Assembly (NCBI GenBank): GCA_963780225.1
Contig: CAWAAX010000006.1
Coordinates: forward strand, 128,001-192,000
From: an uncultured bacterium
Lineage (GTDB): Bacteria > Edwardsbacteria > AC1 > EtOH8
Reading direction: 5' to 3'
DNA: 64,000 bases
The first letter of the stretch is position 1. Each line of letters opens with the position of its first letter. The position numbers were made by a program, and so were the translations under genes. Shown one piece after another: positions 1-9,975 of this stretch. Under the pieces are notes generated by a model. The model was not told where the DNA came from and searched no databases. It saw only the letters and a list, made by a program, of their open reading frames with translations.

Positions 1-2
1 TC

Positions 3-635
3 AGCAGTTACCTCCGTTACGGGGTGGACGAGTTTGCCCTGGTGTTGGGAAAGACCGACGGGTACAATCCCAATACTGCCATGGGCCTGACCGCCAAGGT
101 CCTCTGGGGCCGGATGCTGAAGATTACTCAGACCAAGAGCGATAGCCTTTGGACCAAGGCCCAGACCCTTGATGAGAATAGCATCGGCTACGGGATGGAT
201 CTGGGTTTTTACGGGAATTACCGTAATTTGAAGATCGGAGCGGCCATCCAGAATATTCTGGGCAAGGTCTATTGGAAGAACGTGGAGGATGATAAACTGA
301 AGCCCAAACTTTTTCTCGGCGGGGCCATAGTCACCGATAAACTGCCGAAGATTTCCGGAGCCCTGGAAAAATATTTGGGCGGCGGGACTCCACAGTTTCG
401 CTATTCTCTGGCAGGGGAATATAAATATGTTATACCGGGTTACGGAGCAGTATCCGGACGTCTGGGCTACAGCCGGATATATAAAGCCGTGGAGGGGGAC
501 TACATTTGGACGGGTGGGGTGGGATATCTTTATAAGAAGTTTTTAATAGATGGGGCAGTGGTCAATACCCTGGATCTTCCTACAAATAAATGGCAGCAGT
601 CGTTTGTGGGCGCGGTTAGTTTATATATGGAATAG
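3..635 (+). CDS. 3' part of an outer-membrane beta-barrel protein (PorV/UPF0164-like); the start lies upstream of the window
   Basis: Frame is open from base 3 (SSYLRYGVDEF...). Alternating amphipathic strands such as GYGMDLGF, LKIGAAIQNI, LAGEY, GGVGYLY. Confidence 0.6.
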   Translation, partial: SSYLRYGVDEFALVLGKTDGYNPNTAMGLTAKVLWGRMLKITQTKSDSLWTKAQTLDENSIGYGMDLGFYGNYRNLKIGAAIQNILGKVYWKNVEDDKLKPKLFLGGAIVTDKLPKISGALEKYLGGGTPQFRYSLAGEYKYVIPGYGAVSGRLGYSRIYKAVEGDYIWTGGVGYLYKKFLIDGAVVNTLDLPTNKWQQSFVGAVSLYME

Positions 636-649
636 AACCCTGAAGGCGC

Positions 650-682
650 AAAAACGCCGCCCGTAACGGGCGGCGTTTTTTT
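650..682 (+). terminator. Rho-independent terminator
   Basis: AAAAACGCCGCCC-GTAAC-GGGCGGCGTTTTTTT: GC hairpin plus T-tract just after the stop codon. Confidence 0.9.
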
Positions 683-696
683 ATTTGCTGGCCCCC

Positions 697-725
697 TTGA
701 CAGAGAAACAAATTAGTAGTATAAT
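697..725 (+). promoter_or_regulatory. Consensus sigma70 promoter of the mlaE operon
   Basis: TTGACA (697-702), 17-bp spacer, TATAAT (720-725). Confidence 0.85.
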
Positions 726-746
726 GACCGACCAGTCAGTCATTAT
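721..746. promoter_or_regulatory. TetR-type operator overlapping -10/+1
   Basis: ATAATGACCGAC-CA-GTCAGTCATTAT: 12-bp arms, one mismatch. The core is shared with the operator at 48267-48296. Confidence 0.75.
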
Positions 747-763
747 ATGAACGAACGTATCAA

Positions 764-1537
764 ATGAAAGAATATATCATAAACACTGCTTCCTCCGCAT
801 TGGTGGCTCTCTACCGCTTTTTTGCTTTCCACTGGGAAGTGGCCAAAAGGCTGGTCAGGCCGCCTTATTACCCCAAACTGATCTGGGAGCAGATGGACCG
901 GGTGGGGGTGGATTCCCTGCCGATAGTGGTGCTGACCTCGTTCTTCACCGGGTTCGTGCTGGCCTTCCAGATAGGCTATGCCCTGATGCGCTTCGGGGCC
1001 AAGCTATATGTCGGCGGCATCGTTTCGGTCTCGCTGGTACGTGAGCTGGGACCGGTGCTGATCTCCCTGGTCTTCGCCGGGCGGGTGGGGGCGGGCATCA
1101 CCGCCGAGCTGGGATCGATGCAGGTCTCGGAACAGATAGACGCCATGCGGGCCCTGGCCACCGACCCCATCCGGAAGCTGGTGCTGACCAGGTTCTTTGC
1201 GGCGGTGATCATGCTGCCCATCCTGGTGGTGGTGGGCGACCTGATCGGGATACTGGGCGGGATGCTGGTCAGCGTGATGAACCTGGGGTTGACGGCCAAC
1301 TTTTACCGGACCTCGGTGGTCAATTCCCTGGTCTTCAACGACCTGATCAGCGGTTTCATAAAACCCATAGTGTTCGGGGGGATGGTCGCCATCGTGGCCT
1401 GCTATTTCGGCCTTAATGCCCGGGGCGGCACCAAGGGGGTGGGCGACGCGGTGACCCGCACGGTGGTGGTCTCCTCGGTGCTGGTCTTTTTGCTGGATGC
1501 CTTCATCACCAAGGTGCTGTTTCTGCTGGGAATGTGA
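764..1537 (+). CDS. mlaE: MlaE-family ABC transporter permease
   Basis: RELGPVL, GRVGAGITAELGSM and EQIDAMRALATDP motifs. Confidence 0.95.
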   Translation: MKEYIINTASSALVALYRFFAFHWEVAKRLVRPPYYPKLIWEQMDRVGVDSLPIVVLTSFFTGFVLAFQIGYALMRFGAKLYVGGIVSVSLVRELGPVLISLVFAGRVGAGITAELGSMQVSEQIDAMRALATDPIRKLVLTRFFAAVIMLPILVVVGDLIGILGGMLVSVMNLGLTANFYRTSVVNSLVFNDLISGFIKPIVFGGMVAIVACYFGLNARGGTKGVGDAVTRTVVVSSVLVFLLDAFITKVLFLLGM

Positions 1538-1543
1538 ACTTAG

Positions 1544-1632
1544 CACTGACTAACCACTATCCGGTATTCACTATTCAGTATCCTCCAGAGAATACTGAAT
1601 AGAGAATACTGAATAGAGAATACTGAATAGAG
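1544..1632. repeat. Heptamer-based tandem repeats in inverted arrangement
   Basis: CACTATC/CACTATT/CAGTATC units, then (AGAGAATACTGAAT)x3, which approximates their reverse complement. Confidence 0.8.
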
Positions 1633-1640
1633 TGTAGGAA

Positions 1641-2384
1641 ATGATCGAACTTTACGATATCCATAAATCCTTTGAAGGCAAGCCGGTCTTAAAAGGGGTC
1701 AACCTCAAGATAGACCAGGGCGAGACCCTGGTGATCCTGGGCCGGTCCGGGTGCGGCAAGAGCGTCACCCTGAAGATCATCCTGCGTCTGATCAAACAGG
1801 ACCAGGGCCGGATCGTGATCGACGGCGAGGATACTACCGATTACCGCGAGGAACAGATGCTGCCCCTGCGGAAAAAGATCGGGATGCTTTTTCAGGGATC
1901 GGCCTTGTTTGATTCCATGAATGTCAAGGAGAACGTGGCTTACCCGTTGCGGGAGCATTTGAAACTATCTGAGGGTGAGGTCTCCGAAAAAGTGGCCCAA
2001 GCCCTCAGTTTTGTGGAACTTTCCGGAACCGAACAGACCATGCCCTCGGAACTTTCCGGCGGCATGAAGAAGAGGGTGGCCCTGGCCCGGGCCATTGTGC
2101 TGGATCCCCGCTATATGTTCTACGACGAGCCCACCACCGGGCTGGATCCGCTGACCTCCCGCAAGATCAATGAACTGATCAACAAGCTTAAGGATGAACA
2201 CAAGGTGGGCTCCATTGTGGTGACCCACGAAATTGCCAACGCCTTCAAAGTGGCCGACCGCTTTGAGGTGATCAAGGACGGCGGGATACTTTTCTCCGGC
2301 ACCTCCAACGAGCTCAAAGGCTCCAAACTAAAATTCGTCCAGGACTTCATTAAAGGGGGAACGATCGAAAATGCCAATCAATAA
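1641..2384 (+). CDS. mlaF: MlaF-family ABC transporter ATPase
   Basis: Walker A GRSGCGKS, LSGGMKKRVALARA, YDEPTTGLDP; lies between mlaE and mlaD. Confidence 0.95.
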   Translation: MIELYDIHKSFEGKPVLKGVNLKIDQGETLVILGRSGCGKSVTLKIILRLIKQDQGRIVIDGEDTTDYREEQMLPLRKKIGMLFQGSALFDSMNVKENVAYPLREHLKLSEGEVSEKVAQALSFVELSGTEQTMPSELSGGMKKRVALARAIVLDPRYMFYDEPTTGLDPLTSRKINELINKLKDEHKVGSIVVTHEIANAFKVADRFEVIKDGGILFSGTSNELKGSKLKFVQDFIKGGTIENANQ

Positions 2385-3330
2385 ACTTTCCCATGAATTC
2401 AAGGTGGGCCTGCTGATAGCCCTGGGCCTGGGGGTGGCTCTGGTGGCCGTGCTTTCGGTGGGTGAGCGCCAGGGGCTGTTAAAACAGCGGTATTTCCTGA
2501 ATGCCAGGTTCGATGACGTCGGGGGGTTGCAGGAAGGAGCTCCGGTGCGGGTCTCCGGATTCCAGGTGGGGGTGGTCAATAAAATATCCCTGGTGGAGAT
2601 AGGCGGCCGCCAAAAAGTGGAGGCCCGCTTAAGGATAGAAAAGCAGGCCCAGCCCCGCATCCGCCGGGGATCGCTGGCCAGGATCAGCAGCATGGGTCTT
2701 TTAGGCGACAAGCTGGTGGAGATAGTTCCGGCCTCCATGGATCATCCGATGATGGAAAACGGAGAGGAACTGACCACCATAGCGGTAATGGCCCCCGAGG
2801 AGATAATGGGCAAAGTGGCCGAGATCTCGGACACCCTTAATTCTACGGCGATCTCGCTAAATGTGATCATGAAGAAAATAGAAAAGGGCACCGGGACCCT
2901 GGGCAAGATGATAGATGATCCCCGGCTTTATACCAACCTTGATTCGGTACTGGTCAGCATGAACCATCTGATATTGTTGATCAAGGGCAACAAGGGAACC
3001 ATCGGCAAACTGATGAATGATCCTTCTCTCTACAACAACCTCAATCAGACCATGTCAAGCCTCAACACCATCTCCGACAGCCTCAAGCGGGGCCAGGGTA
3101 GTCTGGGCAGGCTGCTGCGGGAACCGGACCTTTACAATTCCCTGGACTCTACTTCGCAGAAACTCAGCGTTATAATAAGCAGGATCGAAAAAGGGGAGGG
3201 CACTTTGGGCAAGCTTTCCAAAGACGAAGAGATGTACCAGAAGCTGAAGAGTGCTTCCACCGAGCTTGATCTGCTCATTAAAGATATGAAGAAAAACCCA
3301 AAGAAATATTTGAGCATCAGTGTGTTTTAA
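2371..3330 (+). CDS. mlaD: MlaD/MCE-family protein with helical C-terminal extension
   Basis: N-terminal TM, MCE motif GGLQEGAPVRVSGFQVG, GLLGDK, repeated GTLGK...LY motifs. Confidence 0.9.
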   Translation: MPINKLSHEFKVGLLIALGLGVALVAVLSVGERQGLLKQRYFLNARFDDVGGLQEGAPVRVSGFQVGVVNKISLVEIGGRQKVEARLRIEKQAQPRIRRGSLARISSMGLLGDKLVEIVPASMDHPMMENGEELTTIAVMAPEEIMGKVAEISDTLNSTAISLNVIMKKIEKGTGTLGKMIDDPRLYTNLDSVLVSMNHLILLIKGNKGTIGKLMNDPSLYNNLNQTMSSLNTISDSLKRGQGSLGRLLREPDLYNSLDSTSQKLSVIISRIEKGEGTLGKLSKDEEMYQKLKSASTELDLLIKDMKKNPKKYLSISVF

Positions 3331-3397
3331 CATCCCAGAGGTTGACAGGGGTTAAAAGGGTATTACATTAGGCAAAAATAAATAAGACAGGTTAAAA

Positions 3398-4000
3398 ATG
3401 GAAAACATACCGCGCAAGGAACGGGAACGGCTGGTTAAACGCCAGGAGATACTTAAGGCCGCCCGCCAGGTCTTTGCCCAGAAAGGCTTGCACGCAGCCA
3501 CCCTGGATGAGATCGCCGAGAAGGCCGAGTTTGCCAAGGGCACTCTTTACGGCTATTTCCAGAACAAGGACGACCTTTTCGCCACCATGCTGGAGGAGGA
3601 GATCATAAAATTTGAAAAGAGCCTGGAGCAGGTATTTCAGGAGGACCTTCCAGCCACCGCCAAAGTGGAGAAGGTGATCAAGACCATGCTTTTGATCTTC
3701 GAACAGAATGTCGACTTCCTGCAGCTGTTAAGCAAAGAACGCCCGGGGATGACTTCAATACCGACGGCAGAGAAAATGATGGTCCATTTCAGAAACCTTA
3801 CCACCATAGTGGCCAGCATGATCAAACAGGGGATCAAAGAGGGGGTGTTTGCCGTAAAGGACCCGGTCCGCACTTCGGCTGCCCTGTTCAATCTGACCCA
3901 CGGTTCGGCCATGGGATCGCTATTAAACAAGAAAAAGATCAACGACCCCGAAGAGGTCAAGTTCATAACCGGGATTTTCTTTGACGGGATAAAGGTCTGA
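3398..4000 (+). CDS. TetR/AcrR-family regulator
   Basis: HTH ILKAARQVFAQKG...IAEKAEFAKGTLYGYF. Confidence 0.93.
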   Translation: MENIPRKERERLVKRQEILKAARQVFAQKGLHAATLDEIAEKAEFAKGTLYGYFQNKDDLFATMLEEEIIKFEKSLEQVFQEDLPATAKVEKVIKTMLLIFEQNVDFLQLLSKERPGMTSIPTAEKMMVHFRNLTTIVASMIKQGIKEGVFAVKDPVRTSAALFNLTHGSAMGSLLNKKKINDPEEVKFITGIFFDGIKV

Positions 4001-4051
4001 TACAGTAAAACAAACCAAGCAAATAAAGGTAGAAAAGGCAAAGGACTTAAA

Positions 4052-5413
4052 ATGAAAAAAGGAATATTGCTGTTTACCGGGCTGGTGTTTTCCCTGACAG
4101 CCGCCCTGGCCGAAGATTATTCACTGCAGCAGGCGGTGGACATTGCGCTGAAGAACAACCCTTCCATTCAGGTCTCACGGGAAAAAATCACCGCCGCCCA
4201 GGGGCAGATGGAAACGGTTCGGGGCAACCTGGTTCCCCAGATCTCGGCTTCGGGCAGCATGGTGCGCCTCAACAGCCTGATCGACATGAAAATGGGGCCA
4301 GCCTACTACCTGCCGGTGTTGGATAGCGCCACTCACGCCCCTTCGGCATACATAGTCCCCATGGCCAGCGCTTCCATCACTTCCGACAAGATAGGAAACA
4401 CCTATTCCGGCAAACTCACCGCCAGCTGGCCGGTCTACACCGGGGGCAGGATCTGGCAGGGCTTTCAGATCACCCGGCTTAACCTGAAAGCGGCCTCCGA
4501 GTCATACGACAGCGCCAAAGCCGCGGTGGTCTTTACCGCCAAGCAGGCTTACTATGACCTGTTGCTGGCCCAAAGCGCCCTGGCCGTCACCAGGGAGGCG
4601 GTCTCCTCCATAGAAAAACACGTGGAGCGGGTCAGGGCCCTGTATCAGAACGGAATGGTCTCCCGCTACGACCTGCTGCGGGCCGAGGTCCAGCTGTCCA
4701 ACCTGCAGCCCCAGCTTATCCGGATGCAGAATGCGGTCGACCTGTCCCGGCAGACCTTTAACATGGCTTTGAACCGCAAACTGGAAGCCCCGGTAACATT
4801 ATCCGACTCCATGGAATATTTCACGGTGGAGATAGACAGCGCCTCGTTAGTGGCCAAGGCCCTAAACCTGAGGCCGGAATACCGGTCCCTGGCTCTGCGC
4901 CAGAAAATGGTGGAGAAGGCCAAATTGATCTCCTATTCCAGCTATCAGCCCACCGTGGCCCTGTTCTCCGACTATTCCTACAGCAAGGGTTCCGGGTTCT
5001 CATCCGGAGACGAGTGGAACAAGAACTGGGATCTGGGGGTCTCCGCCAGCTGGCCGCTGTTCGACGGCGGTTCCGGGCTGGGAAAGATCAAGGAGGCCCG
5101 GGCCAATGACCGGCAGCTGCGCCTGGTAAAACAGCAGGTTGAAGACTGGATCCGGCTGGAGGTCTCGGCCGGATACCTGACGCTGAAGGCCAGCGAAAAG
5201 ACCATATTCTCCCAGCAGCTTTCGGTGGGCCAGGCCGAAGAGGCGCTGAAGATAGCCAAGGCCCGCTACGAGAGCGGACAGGCCACCAACCTTGACGTGC
5301 TGGACGCCCAGCTGGCCCTGACCCAGGCCCAGACCAACCGGATCCAGGCGGTGCACGATTATCTGGTTTCCCTGGCCAGGCTGGAGAAGGCGGTGGGGGC
5401 GGCGCTTAGGTAA
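4052..5413 (+). CDS. TolC-family outer-membrane efflux protein
   Basis: Signal peptide; LQQAVDIALKNNP, YDLLRAEVQL and LDVLDAQLAL OEP repeats. Confidence 0.92.
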   Translation: MKKGILLFTGLVFSLTAALAEDYSLQQAVDIALKNNPSIQVSREKITAAQGQMETVRGNLVPQISASGSMVRLNSLIDMKMGPAYYLPVLDSATHAPSAYIVPMASASITSDKIGNTYSGKLTASWPVYTGGRIWQGFQITRLNLKAASESYDSAKAAVVFTAKQAYYDLLLAQSALAVTREAVSSIEKHVERVRALYQNGMVSRYDLLRAEVQLSNLQPQLIRMQNAVDLSRQTFNMALNRKLEAPVTLSDSMEYFTVEIDSASLVAKALNLRPEYRSLALRQKMVEKAKLISYSSYQPTVALFSDYSYSKGSGFSSGDEWNKNWDLGVSASWPLFDGGSGLGKIKEARANDRQLRLVKQQVEDWIRLEVSAGYLTLKASEKTIFSQQLSVGQAEEALKIAKARYESGQATNLDVLDAQLALTQAQTNRIQAVHDYLVSLARLEKAVGAALR

Positions 5414-5467
5414 GGACTTCACGGGGGTAACTATTTTCACGGACATTAGGACACTATGACAAACTTT

Positions 5468-5505
5468 GTGAATCGTGAATTGTGAATCGTGAATGGTGAA
5501 GTGAG
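5468..5505. repeat. Heptamer tandem repeat (GTGAAT-N)n
   Basis: GTGAATC GTGAATT GTGAATC GTGAATG GTGAA. Confidence 0.8.
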
Positions 5506-5606
5506 TATTCCTAGTTTCATGGATTCCTGATAAAATGGCCCCTGTTAAACGATCTGGTTAATAACACAAAACAAAGAATATACTGTACAAGGAGCAAGGT
5601 TCATTC

Positions 5607-6503
5607 ATGAAGGGCAAGACCATCCTGATCGCCATAGCCGCTTTGATCGTCGTTTTCATAGGTTTCAAAATAATGAGGTCGGCAGCCGGCAAAAAAGCGG
5701 CAACTGAGCTGGTTAAAAAATTCCCGGTGGAAGTGCTGACCATCGTTCCCTCCGATTATAACGAGACCATCAACCTCTCCGGCACCATGATGGCCGAGAA
5801 CCAGACCGAGGTTCCGGCCAAGGTCCCCGGCAAGATCATAAAATACCTGCTGGAGGAAGGAGCCTGGGTGGAAAAGGGCCAGAACGTGGTCTCCATAGAC
5901 CGGGACGAGATCGGGGTGGAGTTCAAGGAAGCCTCGCTGGAAGCTCCCATTTCGGGCTGGCTCACCAAAAAATATTTTGATACCGGGGCCCATGTGGCTC
6001 CGGGCATGCCCCTGTTCCAGATCTCCGATTATCACCAGGTAAAATTGGTGATCCAGGTCCCCGAGGCCGAGATATCACGGGTCAAGGTAGGGGCCGGGGC
6101 CCAGATCTCAATAGACGCCTGGCCGGACCAGCAATTCTACGGCTCGGTCAGCCGGATGTCCCCCACGGTGGATTACTTAAGCCGCACCATCAAGGCCGAG
6201 GTCGCCATCAAGAATCCCGGAATGAAGATCCGCCCGGGAATGTACGCCCGGGCCAGGATCAACATAAAACATCATGTTAAGGCCATCGTCATACCTACCA
6301 CCGCCATCATCGAACGGGAGACAGGCTCAATGGTATTTGTGATGGAGAACGGCCAGGCTTCAGCCCGGCAGGTCTCGGTGGAACTGGACATGGGCGAGAC
6401 CAGTTCAATCAAGTCGGGCCTGTCGTTCGGCGATAAACTGATAGTGGCAGGCCAGCACTCCGTGGCCCAGGGTTCCGCAGTGGAGCTGGTGGGGGGCAAA
6501 TAA
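5607..6503 (+). CDS. RND periplasmic adaptor (membrane fusion protein), short-hairpin type
   Basis: N-terminal TM, lipoyl halves (VPGKI...GAWVEKGQ and APISG), PGMYARA. Confidence 0.9.
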   Translation: MKGKTILIAIAALIVVFIGFKIMRSAAGKKAATELVKKFPVEVLTIVPSDYNETINLSGTMMAENQTEVPAKVPGKIIKYLLEEGAWVEKGQNVVSIDRDEIGVEFKEASLEAPISGWLTKKYFDTGAHVAPGMPLFQISDYHQVKLVIQVPEAEISRVKVGAGAQISIDAWPDQQFYGSVSRMSPTVDYLSRTIKAEVAIKNPGMKIRPGMYARARINIKHHVKAIVIPTTAIIERETGSMVFVMENGQASARQVSVELDMGETSSIKSGLSFGDKLIVAGQHSVAQGSAVELVGGK

Positions 6504-6505
6504 CC

Positions 6506-9500
6506 ATGATACTTGCAGAATTTGGCATCAAGCGACCGGTGACGGTCTTCATGATCTTCATCGGGATCACCATCATCGGGCTGGTGGCCATGATCAATCT
6601 GAACATCGACCTGCTGCCCGACATGTCCTTTCCCATCGTGGCGGTGATGACCGATTACCCCGGGGTGGGCCCGGCCGAAGTGGAGGCCATGGTCAGCCGT
6701 CCCATGGAGAGCGTGGTCAGCATGGTGCGCAACGTCAAGAACGTGCGCTCCACCTCCAAGGAAGGCTCCTCCATGATCACCCTGGAATTCGACTGGGGCA
6801 CCGACATCGACGCCGCGGCCATAGATGTCCGGGAAAAGATCGATCTGGTAAAGTCCCATCTGCCGGCCGGGGTACAGAACCCCACCATCGTCAAATTCGA
6901 CCCGGCCCTGATGCCGGTTATGGTGGTGGGGGTCTCCAGTCCCCGGGGAGTCTCCGAGCTGCGCCAGTACTGCGACGACAACCTTAAGGACCGGCTGGCC
7001 CGGATCCCGGGGGTGGCCGCGGTAACGGTCCAGGGCGGCCAGGACCGCCAGATCCAGGTCAACATCGACCGCACCCGGATGGAGGCCCTGGGGCTTTCCT
7101 TCGATCAGGTGGGGATGGCCCTGATGGCCTCGAACCTAAATCTTCCCGGCGGACATTTGAAAAGCGGACAGCTGGATTTTTTGATCCGGATCCCGGGCGA
7201 GTTCAAAAGCGTAGAAGAGATATCCTCCACTGTTATCGGCAATAAGGGCGGAACCCCTGTCTACCTGAGGGACATCGCCAAAGTTGAGGACAGTTTTACC
7301 GAAATGGACACCGAGACCAAGCTCAACGGCCAGCGCTCGGTGGTGCTGGTCATCCAAAAGCAGTCGGGCTCCAACACCGTGGCGGTCAGCGATAAGATCC
7401 AAGCCAAGCTGAAGGAACTGCAGAAACAGGTTCCATCGGACATCAAGCTGGGGGCGGCTTTCGATTCGGCCCAGTTCATCCGGGGGTCCATCAAAAGCCT
7501 GCAAACCGAGGCCATTGGCGGATCTCTGCTGGCCATCCTGATCATACTGCTGTTCCTGCGCAATTTCTCCAGCACCCTGATCATCTCCTTGTCCATACCG
7601 TTCTCCATCATCGTCACCTTTGTGCTGCTCTACTTCCGCAACATGACCCTGAATATCATGACCCTGGGCGGTCTGGCTTTGGGGGTGGGGCGGCTGGTGG
7701 ACGATTCGATCGTCGTCCTGGAGAACATTTACCGTCACCGGGAGTCCGGGTACAGTCCCAAGGAAGCGGCTCTGAAAGGCTCCGACCAGGTGGCCATGGC
7801 GGTGTTGGCGGCCACCATCACCACCATCGTGGTCTTTTTACCGATAGCTTTTGTCTCCGGCATCGCCGGAGTGTTATTCCGTCCCATGGCTTACACTGTG
7901 TCCTTCTCCCTGATCGGCTCATATTTCGTCTCCATGATGCTGCTGCCGCTGTTGACCAGCCGCTTCCTGAAGCTCGAAAATCAAGATGCCGTCAAGGCCG
8001 GATCTTCCTGGTGGAAACGAATACTGGAGAGGATAGGGCAGTGGCTGAACGGGTTGGATGATGTTTACCAAAAGGCATTGACCTGGTCCCTGTCCCATAA
8101 AAAGACGGTGATGGGTATCACCCTGGGGGTGGTGGCAGCCAGCCTGGCGCTGTTTTTCTTCATTGATTCCGAGTTCATCCCCTCCAGCGACGAGGGGGAG
8201 TTCACCATCAACCTGACCATGCCGGTGGGCACCTCTTTCACTCAGACCGGCGTCATCATGAAGAGGATGGAGGAAATCATCAAGACCGAGGTTCCCGAGG
8301 CCCGCACGATGTATACCACCTTCGGGGCCGGCGAGGGCATGCGCAAGGCCATGGGCAGTTCCGGGCCCAATGTCGGCGCCATTCAGGTGAAGATCGGGCC
8401 GCGGGCCGAGCGGAGCCGCAGCGTGGACCAGATCCTGAACCTGCTGCGCCAGAAGTTCTCCGTCATTCCCGACGCCCAGATGGTATTCCTCTCCGGCAGT
8501 CTGATCTCACAGATAATGAGCATGGGCTCCGGCGGGGCTATCCAGGTGGACATCCAGGGCTACAATCTGGAGACCTCCAAGAAACTGGCGGAACAGATCA
8601 AAGGGATAATGGCTTCGGTCCAAGGTACCCGTGACGTCAGCGTCAGCCGCAAGGAGGGCATGCCCGAGCTGCAGGTGATGGTGGACCGCGACAAGGCGGG
8701 AGCTATGGGCCTTACAGTTTACCAGGTGGCCTCGGCGGTGGAGACGGCCTTCAAGGGCAAGACCGTGACCAGGTTCCGGGACAGCAAGTTCGGCAAGGAA
8801 TACGACGTGGTGGTTCGTTTCCAGGAGAAGGACCGCTCCCAGATGCCGGACATCAAGAACCTTAAAGTGATGAACCCGATGGGTCAGTTAGTGCCGGTCT
8901 CCACCATCGCCAGTATCCAAAAGGCTTTTGGCCCGGTGGACATCAGCCGCAAGAACCAGCAGCGGATCGTCTCGGTCACCGCCAACGCCACCGGCCGGGC
9001 CATCGGGGCCATCAACGGCGAGCTGGCCGAGAAGATAGGAAAAATCAGCATTCCAGAGGGCTTCACCGTGGAGGTGGGCGGCTCGGCCAAGGACATGGCC
9101 GACAGTTTCAAGAGCCTGTTCTACGCCACTTTACTGGCCATCATGCTGGTTTACATGGTGCTGGCCTCGCAGTTCGAATCCCTGCTGGATCCCTTCGTAA
9201 TAATGTTCTCGGTGCCGTTGGGGATCGTGGGCGTGATCTGGGGGCTGTTCCTGACCGGGATCAATTTCTCGGTGATCGCCTTCATCGGCGTCATCATGCT
9301 GGTGGGGATCGTGGTCTCCAACGCCATCCTGCTGGTGGATTACGCCAATGTCCTGAGAAGAGAGGGGTTGGCCCTTTACCAGGCGGTGATCAAGGCCGGG
9401 CATACCAGGCTGCGTCCGATATTGATGACCACTTTGACCACCATCGTGGGCATGGTCCCGATGGCGCTGGGAATAGGCGAAAGCTCGGAGACCTACGCCC

Positions 9501-9679
9501 CGCTTGCTGTTTCGGTAATCAGCGGCCTGACGGCCTCAACCGTGCTGACCTTGATCTTCGTGCCTACGCTCTATATCATCTTCGAAGAACGGTTCAAACG
9601 AGAGATCCAGAGGGACAATCCGCACCGTCGTACTACCGATCCCCATCCGCTTCGCCGCCAGGAGGACCTCGCTCAGTAA
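6506..9679 (+). CDS. RND efflux transporter permease (AcrB/HAE1-like)
   Basis: 1057 aa; GRLVDDSIVVLENI, GIVVSNAILLVD, RLRPILMTTLTT. Confidence 0.95.
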   Translation: MILAEFGIKRPVTVFMIFIGITIIGLVAMINLNIDLLPDMSFPIVAVMTDYPGVGPAEVEAMVSRPMESVVSMVRNVKNVRSTSKEGSSMITLEFDWGTDIDAAAIDVREKIDLVKSHLPAGVQNPTIVKFDPALMPVMVVGVSSPRGVSELRQYCDDNLKDRLARIPGVAAVTVQGGQDRQIQVNIDRTRMEALGLSFDQVGMALMASNLNLPGGHLKSGQLDFLIRIPGEFKSVEEISSTVIGNKGGTPVYLRDIAKVEDSFTEMDTETKLNGQRSVVLVIQKQSGSNTVAVSDKIQAKLKELQKQVPSDIKLGAAFDSAQFIRGSIKSLQTEAIGGSLLAILIILLFLRNFSSTLIISLSIPFSIIVTFVLLYFRNMTLNIMTLGGLALGVGRLVDDSIVVLENIYRHRESGYSPKEAALKGSDQVAMAVLAATITTIVVFLPIAFVSGIAGVLFRPMAYTVSFSLIGSYFVSMMLLPLLTSRFLKLENQDAVKAGSSWWKRILERIGQWLNGLDDVYQKALTWSLSHKKTVMGITLGVVAASLALFFFIDSEFIPSSDEGEFTINLTMPVGTSFTQTGVIMKRMEEIIKTEVPEARTMYTTFGAGEGMRKAMGSSGPNVGAIQVKIGPRAERSRSVDQILNLLRQKFSVIPDAQMVFLSGSLISQIMSMGSGGAIQVDIQGYNLETSKKLAEQIKGIMASVQGTRDVSVSRKEGMPELQVMVDRDKAGAMGLTVYQVASAVETAFKGKTVTRFRDSKFGKEYDVVVRFQEKDRSQMPDIKNLKVMNPMGQLVPVSTIASIQKAFGPVDISRKNQQRIVSVTANATGRAIGAINGELAEKIGKISIPEGFTVEVGGSAKDMADSFKSLFYATLLAIMLVYMVLASQFESLLDPFVIMFSVPLGIVGVIWGLFLTGINFSVIAFIGVIMLVGIVVSNAILLVDYANVLRREGLALYQAVIKAGHTRLRPILMTTLTTIVGMVPMALGIGESSETYAPLAVSVISGLTASTVLTLIFVPTLYIIFEERFKREIQRDNPHRRTTDPHPLRRQEDLAQ

Positions 9680-9792
9680 ACTGAGGGAAGCTGACAGGTA
9701 TAGCAACGCGGAATTAGAGTAAAAAACTGAATGTTCTGTCCGAAAGAAAGACTGCGAAAAAAACGAAGACATATAGAATATCAAATATTCTT

Positions 9793-9828
9793 AAAAGAGC
9801 CCCGGTGATTAAGCCGGGGCTCTTTTTT
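9793..9828 (+). terminator. Rho-independent terminator (bidirectional form)
   Basis: AAAAGAGCCCCGG-TGATTAAG-CCGGGGCTCTTTTTT. Confidence 0.9.
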
Positions 9829-9900
9829 ATATAAAATGACGAAACCCTGAAAAATTGCATTTTTTACCAGTCGATAAATTAACCTTTTTTAATTTAACTA

Positions 9901-9929
9901 TTGACTTCTTTTCAAAAAAGCGATAAACT
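9901..9929 (+). promoter_or_regulatory. Probable sigma70 promoter of the chemosensory cluster
   Basis: TTGACT, 17 bp, TAAACT, upstream of cheW. Confidence 0.55.
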
Positions 9930-9975
9930 GGTAAGGATTATATATTCCAGCCAGTTATAAAAAATATGGAACGCC

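Noticed and set aside
2880..3260. Four GTLGK...LY repeats in MlaD as a novelty
   Set aside because: Repeats of this kind are a usual feature of long helical MlaD proteins.
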